A stretch of DNA of 64,000 nt from Octopus sinensis (lineage: Eukaryota), in the NCBI RefSeq assembly GCF_006345805.1, contig NC_043012.1:28830001-28894000 (forward strand), given 5' to 3'. Numbering within the stretch: position 1 is the first letter of the stretch; the number at the start of each line of letters is the position of its first letter. The position numbers and the translations under genes are program-made. Below the pieces are notes generated by a model. That model saw only the letters and a list, made by a program, of their open reading frames with translations, was not told the origin of the DNA and ran no database searches. This document shows positions 41,574-55,018 of this stretch, piece after piece.

Positions 41574-42150
41574 GTTATTATTACTATATATGTTGTTGTT
41601 ATAGGTTTTATTTATTTCTGTTTATTATTTATGACTTCAGATTATAGGCGACAGTCTTACAATATCACTTTCAAAAGTGACAACTGAGTCTAATTTATTA
41701 TAATTACTTTCGCAGTTCAAGTGTGACCCAGCTTTCTACATGACTGCATATTCGTCTGTTCATATAAACACATTATGGAAGAAGTTCAGTGAACATATGC
41801 TCCCTTACTGAATCCAGATTTTGATGTATAGCCAGTAAGGCAAGTTGAAGGAAACCGTCATCTACCTGACACAGTTGTAATAAGCTTCAAACTAATCTTT
41901 TCAAAAACCACATTCTACAGATTGGCTTTACAAATCAAGTTCATAATCAGCATGAATTATTAAATGAGATTTTTCTGTTAATAGGTAGACGCACTCATAC
42001 GCTTAATTACACATATACATACACATACATATACACACACACAAACACATATGCACACATATATTTGTCAGTGTATTCGTGTGTGAGATAGATGCTTTTG
42101 TATACACACTTATGCATGCACACTCGTGCACACGTACACACACACACAAT

Positions 42151-42182
<32 letters not shown>

Positions 42183-43002
42183 CACGCACACACACACACA
42201 CACATACATATAAACTTAATACACCTATATCAAGAAAGAAAGGAAGGGAGGAACGAGTAAGAGGAAATGCGATATATATATTTCGCATTTTCTCTCATTC
42301 GTTGTCTCCCTTCCTTTCTTTCTCGATATATCGATATAGGTGTATTAGGTTTATATGTATGTGTGTGTGTGTGCGTGTGTGTATATATATAGAGATTTGG
42401 CTAAATTTGGCTAAATAGATAGATTTGGCTAAATTCTCTAATATACACCTAAAGTAGCGTTTCCATCAACTCACACACTCATTCACGAGCGCGCTCATGC
42501 ACACCCTCACATATACAAACACTCACTCACACACATACATGTATACACATACGCGCATATGCATGCATGCATTGGAAACGAAACCGAGACCGCCATTACT
42601 CTTCATTGCGCTCACTCCATTGTACAGAACTTTTGAATCTAAGATAGTTAGTATAACAGTTGGCAAATAATAACAAGAACAAAAGAATAAAAATGGCACT
42701 GCTTAATAATATTTTATGAACCCACTACATGATTGGAGATTATTTTAATGGACCCAGAAATATAAAAGGCATATATTCGTGTCCATGCAATACGAACGTG
42801 CTTTTTGTGCGCATGTGTGTAATCTGCGTTATGTGCCTTAAAATATGAAATATGAGTGTGGGCTTATGAGTTATTGAATGATATGCAACGTTGTCTAAGG
42901 ATTCGAACTTCACCAGTATTCACTTATTTTTCCTTAAAACATATAAGCCCCCAAACTTTGCAATCTCTCTGTGTTTCCCCCTCTCTATGTATATATACAT
43001 GC

Positions 43003-43056
<54 letters not shown>

Positions 43057-43727
43057 CAGACAAACAGGCAGACGGTCAGACGGTCAGACAGACAAACAGA
43101 CAGGCAGGTAGATAGATAGATAGATAGACCGACATGTAGTTATTAACACATAGTATACATACATGCAGTATATAGATTATACTTAATATATATACATATC
43201 TGTAGATATATAAAGATGTGTATATATGCGCATTTTAGTGGGTATTTATTTCAAAGCTCTGCTTTGTATTGAAAGCAGTTATTGAATGATTTTGTGCTCA
43301 GACCGTAACCCCCAACTTCTAAACTGAAATGTTAACCCAACCGTAACCGATCCCTTAAACAATAATGCGTATTAATTTCTTTTCCGATATTATTGTAAAA
43401 TGACTCAGAAAAATGTGCTTCAAACCAGGATTCCTAATCTCAGACATTTCGGTGGTAAAGTAGCATAGTTGTTTACAAATTTTCAATGTTTTATTTTTCA
43501 CATTTAAAAATGTGATAAAATTACATTTTATCACATTCACCTTTCACAAAAACCTTCACTTCTTAGATAGAAAAATAGATTAATAATAAAATTCAGTTGC
43601 TTATAACTCTTTTAATTTGTTTAAATATGAACGCAAATGTTTTTCTTGTAAACTCCAGGTAATTAACCAATCAGGAATCTTATAAAATATATCAAATGGT
43701 GAAATATTTGTAGATGGTGTTAATTTG

Positions 43728-44040
43728 TGCAGGAGTCTTCTACCCTGGCCTCGGGTTTACCAAAGACTTGTGAGTGGATATAGTTGAAAGAAACTGAGAG
43801 AAGCCATTGTGCACACACTCACAAATCCATTGGGTGTCTGTTTGTACCCCACCACCGCTTAGCAACTGGTGTTTGGTGTGCTTATATCCCCGCAACTTAG
43901 CAGTTCGGTTACAAAGCGAGATAAAAGGAGTACAGCCTTAAAAAATAAGTTCTGAAATTGATTCGCTCGACTAAAAGAGATTCTAAAGGCAGTGCCTCTG
44001 CTTGGCAGCAGTCTAATGACTGACACCAGTAAAAAGAATA
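43728..44040 (+). mobile_element. SINE family A, decayed
   Basis: Colinear with 1010-1350. Confidence 0.75.
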
Positions 44041-44142
44041 TATATATATATATATATAATATATATATTATATATATATATATATGCATGCACACACATC
44101 ATATGTATATATATGTATATATATATATATATATTATATATA

Positions 44143-44180
<38 letters not shown>

Positions 44181-44195
44181 TATACACATATATAC

Positions 44196-44290
<95 letters not shown>

Positions 44291-44300
44291 ATATATATAA
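44040..44300. repeat. Long imperfect (TA)n microsatellite
   Basis: Direct tandem repeat. Confidence 0.95.
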
Positions 44301-44770
44301 TCAAAATAAGCAACAAGAATGACTCCGGTAACTTGGTACGATCGTTTCGTACTACATCATTTTATTAAATGTTGTAAGTATTACAACAGATTTAAGATGC
44401 TGAGTACTCATCAGCCAATTATAGAAGTTTTCCATTAATACAAAACTTTTCAAATCAAGTGGCAACATTATAGAGAAGGTAGATATATAGACAAGGATGT
44501 GGATTTAAATTTTAAGAACATATGAGGTAGTGGAGTCCCTCCACTGACTGACTAAGATTTGGTTGTTCCAGACTGCTGTAAGGTTGTGAGAGTGAGAAGT
44601 AAGTTGAAGGAAGCAATAAAGATTTTCTAATTGTAGAAATGGGGTAAAGGGGATTTCAGAAGTCCATAAAAGGAATTCATGTTGAAGACAGCAATTGTCA
44701 GTACTAAATGCCAATTACTACTATTTGATGAGAGAACTAGGGCAATGTCAATCATTAATATTATTTTTAC

Positions 44771-44822
<52 letters not shown>

Positions 44823-44830
<8 letters not shown>

Positions 44831-45104
44831 ATCACGTGACCGACCAGACCATCAGATGTTGTTACACATCGTTGGTCACAATGCGTTCGCATTGTTTTAG
44901 CCTTCGAATGACGCCACCCCGCTGGCTAAGCGAGCAAGCCAAGAGAAGAAAGAGTAGGAGAAAGAGAAGTGAAAGAGTACAGCAGGGATCACTACCCCCT
45001 GCCGGGTTTTCGCTCAATAAACTCACAACGCCCGGTCTGGGAATCGAAACCACGATCCTGCGACCGCGAGTCCGCTGCCCTAACCACTGGGCCATTGCGC
45101 CTCC
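44823..45104 (-). mobile_element. SINE family C copy with tandem (CACGTGAT) tail
   Basis: Reverse complement aligns to 24766-25052. Confidence 0.88.
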
Positions 45105-45108
45105 ACAC

Positions 45109-45153
<45 letters not shown>

Positions 45154-45230
45154 TAAAACGGTAAGATAACAAAAGAAAGAAAGAGACCTCAATATTATGT
45201 AAATAGAGGAAATTTATCTATAAAATAATA

Positions 45231-45395
45231 TGTTACATTACTCGATAGTCAAGATAAAACTCTGAGTTTCTGATAACCGAAGTGGGAATCCACAACGTCA
45301 TCTCTTCGGTTAGCCAGATAACCGAAGAGATGACGTTGTGGATTCCCACTTCGGCATCTGAAACTCAGAGTTTTATCTTGACTGAGTAATGTAAC
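45231..45395. repeat. Near-perfect palindrome, about 80-bp arms with 9-nt loop
   Basis: ...ccgaagtgggaatccacaacgtcatctcttcggt-tagccagat-accgaagagatgacgttgtggattcccacttcgg... Confidence 0.92.
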
Positions 45396-45410
45396 ACACA
45401 CACACACACA

Positions 45411-45499
<89 letters not shown>

Positions 45500-45560
45500 A
45501 GGAAGCCCGATTTATGGGATTACCTTAGGTTTCCAGTCCATAATAATAACTATAATTATA

Positions 45561-45626
<66 letters not shown>

Positions 45627-45910
45627 CATCATCATATACTCCACTTAGACTGGCATAATATAAACAAATGAGTGAATAACGATGAGATGACGACGTCGAG
45701 GATCGAATTCGCACATGAACGCTGACACAGCTCCGTGCACATCCAAATAGCTCAGCCATCAATTTCAGTCAAATATAGTACATAGATACTTATTGCCTAG
45801 TTTTTATATCATTGTTTAGATTATGTCGCTCTAATTGGAGTATATATATGTATGAATGTATATATGTATGAATGTATATATGTATGAATGTATATATAAA
45901 AGTTGCAGGT

Positions 45911-46474
45911 GGAAATAGCACAGAAGTAAGTCTAAGACATTTCAACTTAAGATGGAATTTAATAAAATTGATTTAAAAAATTTATATGATTAAAATTTTA
46001 TCTGTTTCGATAAGTTTCTCATCTTATCAAATATAAGTTGAAATTTATAAAAATTTGAAGAACAGTTTATCTTCTGTCTTAGAGTCGAGAACACGTCTGG
46101 AGACTTTTCGTTGAAGTCTTCTTTAAATATAGTTTTGTATAGAGTTCAAAGTGTTAAAGAGTGAGAGAAGTAGGTGAGAGAAGTATTGTTTAAAAGAGAC
46201 ATTTGTGTATTCCAGCCAAGGGAATGGCTAAAAAGCATTTATTGAATGGGTTTTATGTTCACCTGTGTGTGTATGTGTGTGTGTGTGTATGTGCGTGTGT
46301 GTGTTTGTGTGTGTGTGTGTGCGTGTATGTGCGTGTGTATTGTGTTGAATGACCTTTCAATATGTTTGGAAAGTGACCAGCTGTGAGTTGATGGATGTGC
46401 ATGTTGTGATGAATGTCTTGCAGAAGAAAGAATTAGGATTTTCCTTTGGGTAATATGTATTCTTTTAAGTGTGT
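45911..46474 (-). mobile_element. Inverted partial copy of the Penelope 3' region
   Basis: Reverse-complement match (roughly 80% by eye) to 49160-49843. Confidence 0.8.
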
Positions 46475-46499
46475 ATGTTTGTATTCACCGACCGACAAC

Positions 46500-49406
46500 A
46501 AGTATCAACCACACTCAAAGTTACATTCCGTTTTTAGCACAAGGACAGAAATAGCAGGACACGCATTGGCGCCGCTACACGAGAAACCAAAGGTAATTAA
46601 CCTTAAAAAAAACATTTACTGACACACAAATAGACCAAATTTCCCCGAACTGAAAAATGATATTTCAGCCGAAAACTCAGGCTGGCCGAACACTCCACCA
46701 ACAACTCTAATGATAAGGACGAATCACTAGCTAAAAGCAAAAGCAACATTTTCCCAGATAAAGGGCTTAGTAAAGCACTGGATTCTTGCTGTGAATACAC
46801 TGTGAAATTCCGTTTTGAAAAAATTGAACATAGAAACGTTAAACCAAACTTTACAAAACTTGAATGGAAGAACTTACAAGAAAATACGGATACAACAATC
46901 AAAGAAGCCGATAAAGGGTGCACTGTCATCATCACGGACACAAATTACTATATAGACATAGCATTCACAATGCTAGAGGACTTGTTGAAAAATCAACTCA
47001 CTGCAAAAAGTCAAGAATAATGGAAAACTTCACAACTCTTTTAAAGAAATATAACAAAAGCTTTATCAGCAAAGAAATTGACTATTTATACCACTTCAAA
47101 TGCAAAACAAGAAACATTTATGGTTTACGTAAAATCCATAAATGCAAAAGGATAAGTGATGCCTGTAAATCCTCAGCAAACATACAGCTAACACCTCCAG
47201 TTGATCTAAAATTGAGACCAATCATAGCAGGCCCGCCATGCGAAACACACAAACTTAGCAACTTCTTGGACATCCTCCTAACGCCCTTCCTAAAACATAT
47301 ACGGAGCTACATACAAGATGACCTTGACATGCTAAATCATCTGCCAAAAGCGGTAAGTAAACATTCAATTTTTACTTCATTTGATGTTGTCACCCTATAC
47401 ACCAACATTCCCCATGAGTAGGGAATAACTACAATCCAATACTGGTTATACACACACCAATCTGAACTTCCATCATGCATAGTAAAAAGACTTTATCCTT
47501 GATGGGCATATTTGAAAGCATTTTTTTAAATTTTCAACGGCGCGGATTAACGCCAAATATCAGAAATGGCGATGGGTACCAAAGTAGCCCCCACATACAC
47601 CAACTTAGTCATGGGATTCTACGAACAAAAAATCTACAATCAATCTCTTTAATATTTGGTGATACGTTTCATATACAACTCAGAAACAATTGGAAAAGAT
47701 ACCTGGATGAGTGCTTTATTTTATGGCAGGAAAATATTGACAAGTTAACTGAATTCAAAAACATGCTAAACAATCTCAGCAATACTATTCAATTCACAAT
47801 GAAGTTTAACCCCAAAGAACGTACCTTTCTGGATATCCTGATCAAAAACCAAGATAGGAAAATAGAAACAGATATATTCTACAAATCCACCGACTCCAAA
47901 CAGTACCTTTTTTCACATCATGTTACTCGAAACACACCAAACTCAACATTCCCTTCAACCTGGCAAAAGGAATTTGTACCATAGTATCAGAACCATCCAA
48001 ACGTGAACAGAGATTAGAGGAATTGAATGACACACTTATCCAAAGAGCCTGCCCTCCTGGCATAATCATTAATGGAATAAACAAGGCGAAACAAATGGAT
48101 GTCGATGAACTTAGGAAAACAAAAGGAGAAATGTCTTACCGTTCGTGTCAACTTTCAAACCCAGGAACACCGAAATATTTGATCACATCCACAAAAACCT
48201 CTCTTCTTATTTGCAGATGAAAAAAATGAGAAACATCTCAGAAAAGCAACAAAGCATCAAAATTCATACTCACTGGAGCAAAGACGCATAAAGAAACCCC
48301 CAACCCAACGGTCACAAAATGTGGGAGAACAAACTGCGGCACTTGCCGTTACCTAATTGAGGGGCCAGAATTTGAATTCAAAGATGGCCAAACCTTCACA
48401 GTCAAGTCAAATCTCACCCGCAACACTGAAAATCTAATCTACGTAATTACATGCAATCGTTGCCAACATAATTACATAGGTCAGACGGCGGATATTTGCG
48501 CAAAAGAGTGACGACTCATCGCCAACAGACCCGAGACAAAAGCACAAGGAAAATTCCTTTAAGCTACGTGTGAAGGAATGGTCTTACCAAATCTCAAAAT
48601 ATCCCATCTACAAGTGCTCAAATTCTTTAAACCAATAAATAAAGAAATGCAAATTATTAACAAGTATAAACATCCATTAAATATAGATACAACCACAACC
48701 AATAGATAATAAAAGACACGTAAATGCAATTTAAAATTTTAAATATCATTTCCTAAATCTTTTTTCCAATATTTATATATGCCAGCACACACATACATAC
48801 ACACACAAGCATACACACACAAGCATACACAAATTCACAAAAAAGAAAACATCGCAAACACACGTATACACACAAACACATAAACATACATACTCACACA
48901 TACAAAAGAAAACATATCAAAAACATACACACGCGCACACAACTCGGTGCACACACAAATACACATAAGAAAAGATTTCAAGCGAACACACGCGCACACA
49001 CAACTCTGTACATACACACAAACACACACACGAAAACACACAAAAGAAAACATCGCAAAAAACATATTTACGCACACAAATACACTCACACATACACTCA
49101 CACACACGGACACACAAACATGGACACAGCTGGTGACCACACACATACACACAAGTGGTGACACTCAAAGGAATACGTCTAACCCAAAGGAAAATTCTAA
49201 TTCTTTCTTTAACATTCATCACAACATACACACCCATTAGTTCACAGCTGGTCACTTTCGAAACATATTGAAAAAGACAGTCAACGCAATACACATACAC
49301 ACTCACGCACACGCAAACACGCACGCACACACACTCACACACGCACGCGCGCGCGCGCACACAAACACACACACACACAAACACACACACATACACACAC
49401 ACACAC

Positions 49407-49474
<68 letters not shown>

Positions 49475-49843
49475 CGTGCACACACCGGTGGACATAAAAC
49501 CCATTCAATAAATGCTTTTTAGCTACTCTCTCGGCTGGAACACACAAAGATCTCTTTTAGACAATAGATACCTCCTTCTCTCACTCGCTAACACTTTGAA
49601 CTCTATACCAAGCTATATTTAAAGAAGATTTCAACGAAAAATTTCCAGACATGTTCTTGACTCCCAGACAGAAGATAAACTGTTTTTAGTACAAATTATA
49701 AATTTATAGATTTTTACTGATATTCGATAAAATGAGAACCTTATCGAAACCGCTAATGTTTTCTTTACATAATTTTTAAAAATCATTTTTATTAAATTCC
49801 CTCTTAAATCGAAATCTCTTAGACCTATGTCTGTGCTATTTCC
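46500..49843 (+). mobile_element. Penelope-like retroelement (RT plus GIY-YIG, Neptune-type Cys linker), decayed
   Basis: LRPIIAG, FDVVTLYTNIP, AMGTKVAP, WKRYLDE, FLDIL, CGRTNCGTC, NLIYVITCNRC..YIGQT; many stops and frameshifts; CA-rich 3' region. Confidence 0.9.
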
Positions 49844-49851
49844 ATAGACAC

Positions 49852-49895
<44 letters not shown>

Positions 49896-49994
49896 GTATA
49901 TAATAATAATAATATTAGGGAGTAAATCCAAACAGGTTTTATCTCTAATTTAATATATATATATTATATATATATATATACATATACATATACA

Positions 49995-50034
<40 letters not shown>

Positions 50035-50092
50035 ATATACATATACATATACATATACATATATATATACATATATATATACATATATATAT

Positions 50093-50175
<83 letters not shown>

Positions 50176-50179
50176 TATA

Positions 50180-50180
50180 T

Positions 50181-50238
<58 letters not shown>

Positions 50239-50240
50239 TA
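50180..50240. repeat. (GATA)n flank of minus-strand Tx1-like copy
   Basis: Direct tandem repeat. Confidence 0.95.
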
Positions 50241-51361
50241 GTTTCTTTACTGGCCACACAGGGCTGCACACAAATGGGACAAATTATAAGGTAGAGCTTT
50301 TCTTTTGGGGGGGATGAAACAAAAAGCAAATGAAACGAAAAAAAGTGGCGTACGTTTTCGATCAAAAGGGATCATAAAAGGGAAAAAAGAAAAAAAGGAA
50401 AAAAAAGGAAACGAAACAAGAGAAAAGAAAAAGGAAAAAAGAAGAAAAAGAGGAAAAAAGGGGAAAAGGAAAAAAAAACGATTAATAGAGATCGTGTCTC
50501 ACAGTGTCATGATGTACGGTGTAAAGGGGGAAGCAGATAAGGTTTATCCGTGGGAAGAAAAGTCAACGAAAAAGACCACGGTAACCTCGGTCAATATTGT
50601 TATATGTTACCACATTTGTTTGCAAGTGGGTAATCCTCTGTTTTCAATTTCTGGGTTCATAGGATTATGCTCAAGGTGGCTTCGTCATTCATACGTGCCA
50701 TTCTTGCTACATTCACCCATCTTTTTTTAAACCATTCACTAGACAAAACTTGCCTCTCTACTCTCACTTTCCTCTTCAAGTGATACTTGAAGAAGTTGAT
50801 GAGAGATTGACCAGAGAGGAAAGTGTTTGTCTCTAATCCTTTCAAGCGCGTCCACCAGATACATTCTTTCGCCATAGCCACAAGTATGATAAAAATAGCT
50901 CTTCCTTCCCGTTTGAAGGAAGGAGGCGTGACAATATTGACGATAGACTCGGCTGATAAACCGACTCGTCCCACACGTGACAGCAGTTGTTCGACATAAG
51001 CCCACAGGTCGAAAATTGTTGGACACTGCACGAGTGCGTGCAGAACGGTTTCGTCGCTCTGACGGTATCTCGGGCAGGTCGGCCCCGTGTTTCTCGAGCC
51101 GTGTCTGTAGAGCTTATCCCGAACGGGTAGCGCTTCTCGGTAGCACTGCCAGGCCAGGGATCTCTGGAAGTTGTCCATGGGCCCTGGCCCGAAAGTCGTC
51201 CCGAACAGGCGGGTCAGGTATTCCTCGTCGACGTCCAGGTTCGCCCCGAGCTCGTCGTCGTACCTCCCCTCCACTAATGCTCGTCGTCGTACCTCTCCTC
51301 CATAGAATGCTTTGGTTGTGATGGAGTCACTCAAGGTCGACCCAGGACGGCAGAGATGCTT

Positions 51362-51363
<2 letters not shown>
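50241..51363 (-). mobile_element. 5'-truncated Tx1-like LINE copy
   Basis: Open 225-aa ORF 50657-51334 homologous to ORF2 C-terminus; 3' end gtgcagccctgtgtggccagtaaagaaac. Confidence 0.95.

Positions 51364-51441
<78 letters not shown>
51362..51441. repeat. (GATA)n flank of minus-strand Tx1-like copy
   Basis: Direct tandem repeat. Confidence 0.95.
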
Positions 51442-51442
<1 letters not shown>

Positions 51443-52599
51443 TTACGGCGAATTCAAGACAGAAAATAGAAACAAAATCAACAAAAGTCAAATAGACGTA
51501 CACAGTGAATAGAGTGCGTATATTAGTTTGATGTTAAGTGAAAATTTTTAGATGGAAAATTAAAAATAAAAATAAAAACACAAGTAAAATTATGACGCTT
51601 CACGCATGTCTCTTCGTGGGATAGTGGAAGAAAGTTCACAGAAATGGAAAAAGGAGGAACGAGTGGATTGTGAAGAGAAAAGCACGTTGATCGCTACATG
51701 ATCATACATATGTATGTGTGTGTGCCTGTATGCCTGGTGCATGTGTGTATGTATGTGCATAGTTATGTGTTTGCACGTGCATGTGTGTGTGTGTGCGTAC
51801 GTGTGCGCGTGCGTGTGTGTGTGTGTGTGTGTGTATGTTTGTGCTTGTGTTTGCTCAACAACCAGTGGCTTCTTTTGAACTATTCGGAAAAAGAAACCGA
51901 ATATATAAATGAATATGATATACATCCCATAGCCATTTTATGAGAGATCAAATTGATTAAAATACAAGCCATGATGTTTTGCTTAAATATAAATACTAAG
52001 TAAGAGAATTAGAATAGAATCAATAGAAGAAATAGGTAGGTTTTCAGGAGACAACTGGCCATATTAGCTGTACATATTCACTGTTGGACCCTGAAAATTT
52101 TTGAGAAAAGTATCTCCACAAGAAAAACATCTTACTAAAGAAAGCTGCAATTAAAATTGTAGGAACTCTTTAAGTTTTCCTGAAATTTTCTAGCAAAGAT
52201 TTTGATTTCAGAAACACATAATTATTCCACCACTCCAAGAGTATCCTTATAAGCTTCCTTTAGAGTACAGAATCGTAAACAAAACGAAAAGAGTTTAAAA
52301 CACTTGAGAAGGTTCGAGTTTTTTCGCAGCGACCTTGTGGGACTAGTTCCCACTGCACACACCAACTGTGTGCAGTCAGTCGTCAACATAATGCCGTCTT
52401 AAAACACAAAACATATGCAGAAAAGCATAAATATATTTTCTATGCTGTCATATTCTTATTAAAATATTCTAGAATTCGTTTTCTCTCAATACGTGTCATA
52501 ACTATTAGGCCCTCACTCTCATACACGCACGTACGCACACACACACACACACACACATGTGCGCGCCGGTATGCATGTTCGTCGTAATTAATAGCTTCA

Positions 52600-54063
52600 A
52601 CTTAAATAACTCGATAGCATGTTGGAGAATGTTTATTATGACTGATGAGCTTGAATACTGCATTACGTTTCGTCTTTCGATTGATCAAAATGTAAGAAAT
52701 GTGGAAGAAAATTGCAGCTACATTGATATGTAGGTGGAGGATCGGTGATTGGTATGTAAGTAAGTAAATGCAATGATTGGTGAATATAGATGGGAAAAGG
52801 GCGGCGTTATAAATATTTATTGAAAATTTCAAACTAAAGACGACTGCTTTAGAGATTACAAGGTATTCAGAAGAATTTAACGGAGTAAAATTTATGTTAT
52901 ATTCTAATAAGGAAATGGTTCAATAGAAGAAATAGAGAGAAAGATTGGTACAGTGATTCTAAATTTATGTATGATAAAACGATGCTTAACCGAAACTTAA
53001 GAGGGGCACTGATTTAGGTTTATCTAATTGCTGTACATCATTACAAAAACTACAAAATTTAAAAGTGCACGGATATGTAAAATATGATGTTATTGAATCA
53101 ACTGTACACGTCCAAGATACGTTGGTGTAAATGATTAAGAACTGCAAAGACAAACGGATTACATCAGTGAATGAATCCTTGTTTAGAACTGTGTGTTAGC
53201 ATAGGTTAATATACAAAAATTTTCATAATTTCACTGAAGGTATATATCAGCTTAAATGCGTATTTTACCAAATATCTATCTATCTAGCTAGCTAGCTGGC
53301 TATCTATGCATGCATGTATGTATGCTTGTATGTACGTATGTATATATATAAGAGTGCTGGAAAACTGAGACGCACAAGATGTTATTTAAATCATTTATAT
53401 CACCATATCACCGACATATTGATACATTAAAATAAATCCGAGATGAAGAATTATGTGGAATGAAATATCAATCTTATCAGGGAGGAGATTATAATAAGCC
53501 ATTTTTACAGATGTAAGAAACTATATATAATATATAAATAAAAAAACGAAGATGAATAGGGAACACTAGTAATTTTAAAATAGTATTAAGAAATTTGATG
53601 TCACAGGACGAGAGAAGAGAAGGAAGAGAGAAAGGGAATTAAAGGAGTAATGGAGGTATAAGCAAATAGGTGACTATAGAAAGACCAATATAAAAATATT
53701 TAGTTCCTGAAGAATCTTTACATTGATAAACAACATTTTTAATTTTGCAGTTTCCATTGAGAATGCAAACTTCATGCAGACCACAATTAAAGTACTATTA
53801 CTATTGATATTGTTATTTAAGAAGTGATTATCGTTAATATTATTGTTATTACAGTTATTAAGCAAAACCCTTTTACCGTTAAGAATATAGTTGTTATACG
53901 AGGATATTTGTAGATTATTGGTGATGGAAAAACCAACGATGTGAGTTGAGAATAGAGTAGTAGCTGAAATTTTCGGTGGCTTCACGAAACAGGTAAGGAA
54001 GGTGACTTTTAAGTTGTTTTCTGCATGGAATAACAAACCAAATAGTTTTACTAGGAGGGTCAT
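52600..54063 (-). pseudogene. Candidate decayed intronless Methuselah-like/adhesion GPCR
   Basis: In order: NSTLIVVC (ectodomain end-like), YFYIGLSIVTYLLIPPL (TM1), LIFHST*FFISDLF*CINMSVIW (TM3), FLIIYTNVSW (TM4), ITVPIFLSI (TM5), FSINIY..LLTYQSPIL (TM6), FFHISYILINRK (TM7); several frameshifts needed. Confidence 0.35.
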
Positions 54064-54239
54064 GCGATTTACAGGGAGATTTCTGATTAAAAAACAGGAA
54101 GTTTTTTTTTTTTTTACAGAAAGAGTGGGGAAGTATTGTTAACTCCCTTAGATTGTTTATTTTAAAATTTACCCAGATTAGCTTTTTGACTATTTTGATA
54201 TAATGGAATTATTATATGGATTATTGCCCGTGGAAGAAA

Positions 54240-54420
54240 CATTATTATTATTATTATTATTATCATTATTATTATTATTATTATTATTATATTATTATTA
54301 TTATATTATTATTATTATTATTATCATTATTGTTGATGTTGTTGTTGTTGTCGTCGTCGTCGTCGTCATCATCATCATCATCATCATCATCATTATCATT
54401 ATCATTATTATTATTATTGA
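54240..54420. repeat. Compound (ATT)(GTT)(GTC)(ATC)n microsatellite
   Basis: Direct tandem repeats. Confidence 0.95.
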
Positions 54421-54439
54421 TATAACTACTATCAACCAG

Positions 54440-54915
54440 ATTATTAGAGGTTAAACCAGGATCAAGAATGTTATAATACTTAATTTGCTCGTTATATCCT
54501 ACCTTATAAGGACGATTTTTTAAATTTTTGATTAGAGATATTTTGAAGGTAAAGAAGACAATCTTTGCGATATAAACAACCAAGGATATATGGAAATTGG
54601 CCAGCCATTTCGGATAGAATATAAATACCGACCAGATCAGAAATTTGAGCTGAATCGCTGGACCCCATTGTTATATCAAAGCAATCAGGTCGATCTTTAT
54701 GAACCCAAAATTGATTATTAAATTTGATAATAAATTTTCTAGCTGCTAAGTTATAAATTTCATCTCGGATGAGGCCGGATTTATTATGCGCGTACCATAG
54801 GGCTTTATTAAGGACGATGGAATTAATAGAGGAATAATAACTACAAATATCAAACTGGATAAATTTAGTGTTTAGTTTATTATCAATAGAGTTGAAGCAG
54901 TCTTTTTTATGTATC
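54440..54915 (-). mobile_element. Penelope-like RT fragment
   Basis: FIQFDICSYYSSI..ARK..W..FDITMGSSDSAQISDLVGIYIL..LYRKDCL (decayed YRDDGL). Confidence 0.8.
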
Positions 54916-54961
54916 AGTCTTAATATATATGAATGGACGGAAAAATGAATGCACACACATA

Positions 54962-55018
<57 letters not shown>

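Noticed and set aside
50305-50730. Lys/Arg-rich 141-aa ORF
   Set aside because: Antisense reading of the pyrimidine-rich Tx1 3'UTR.
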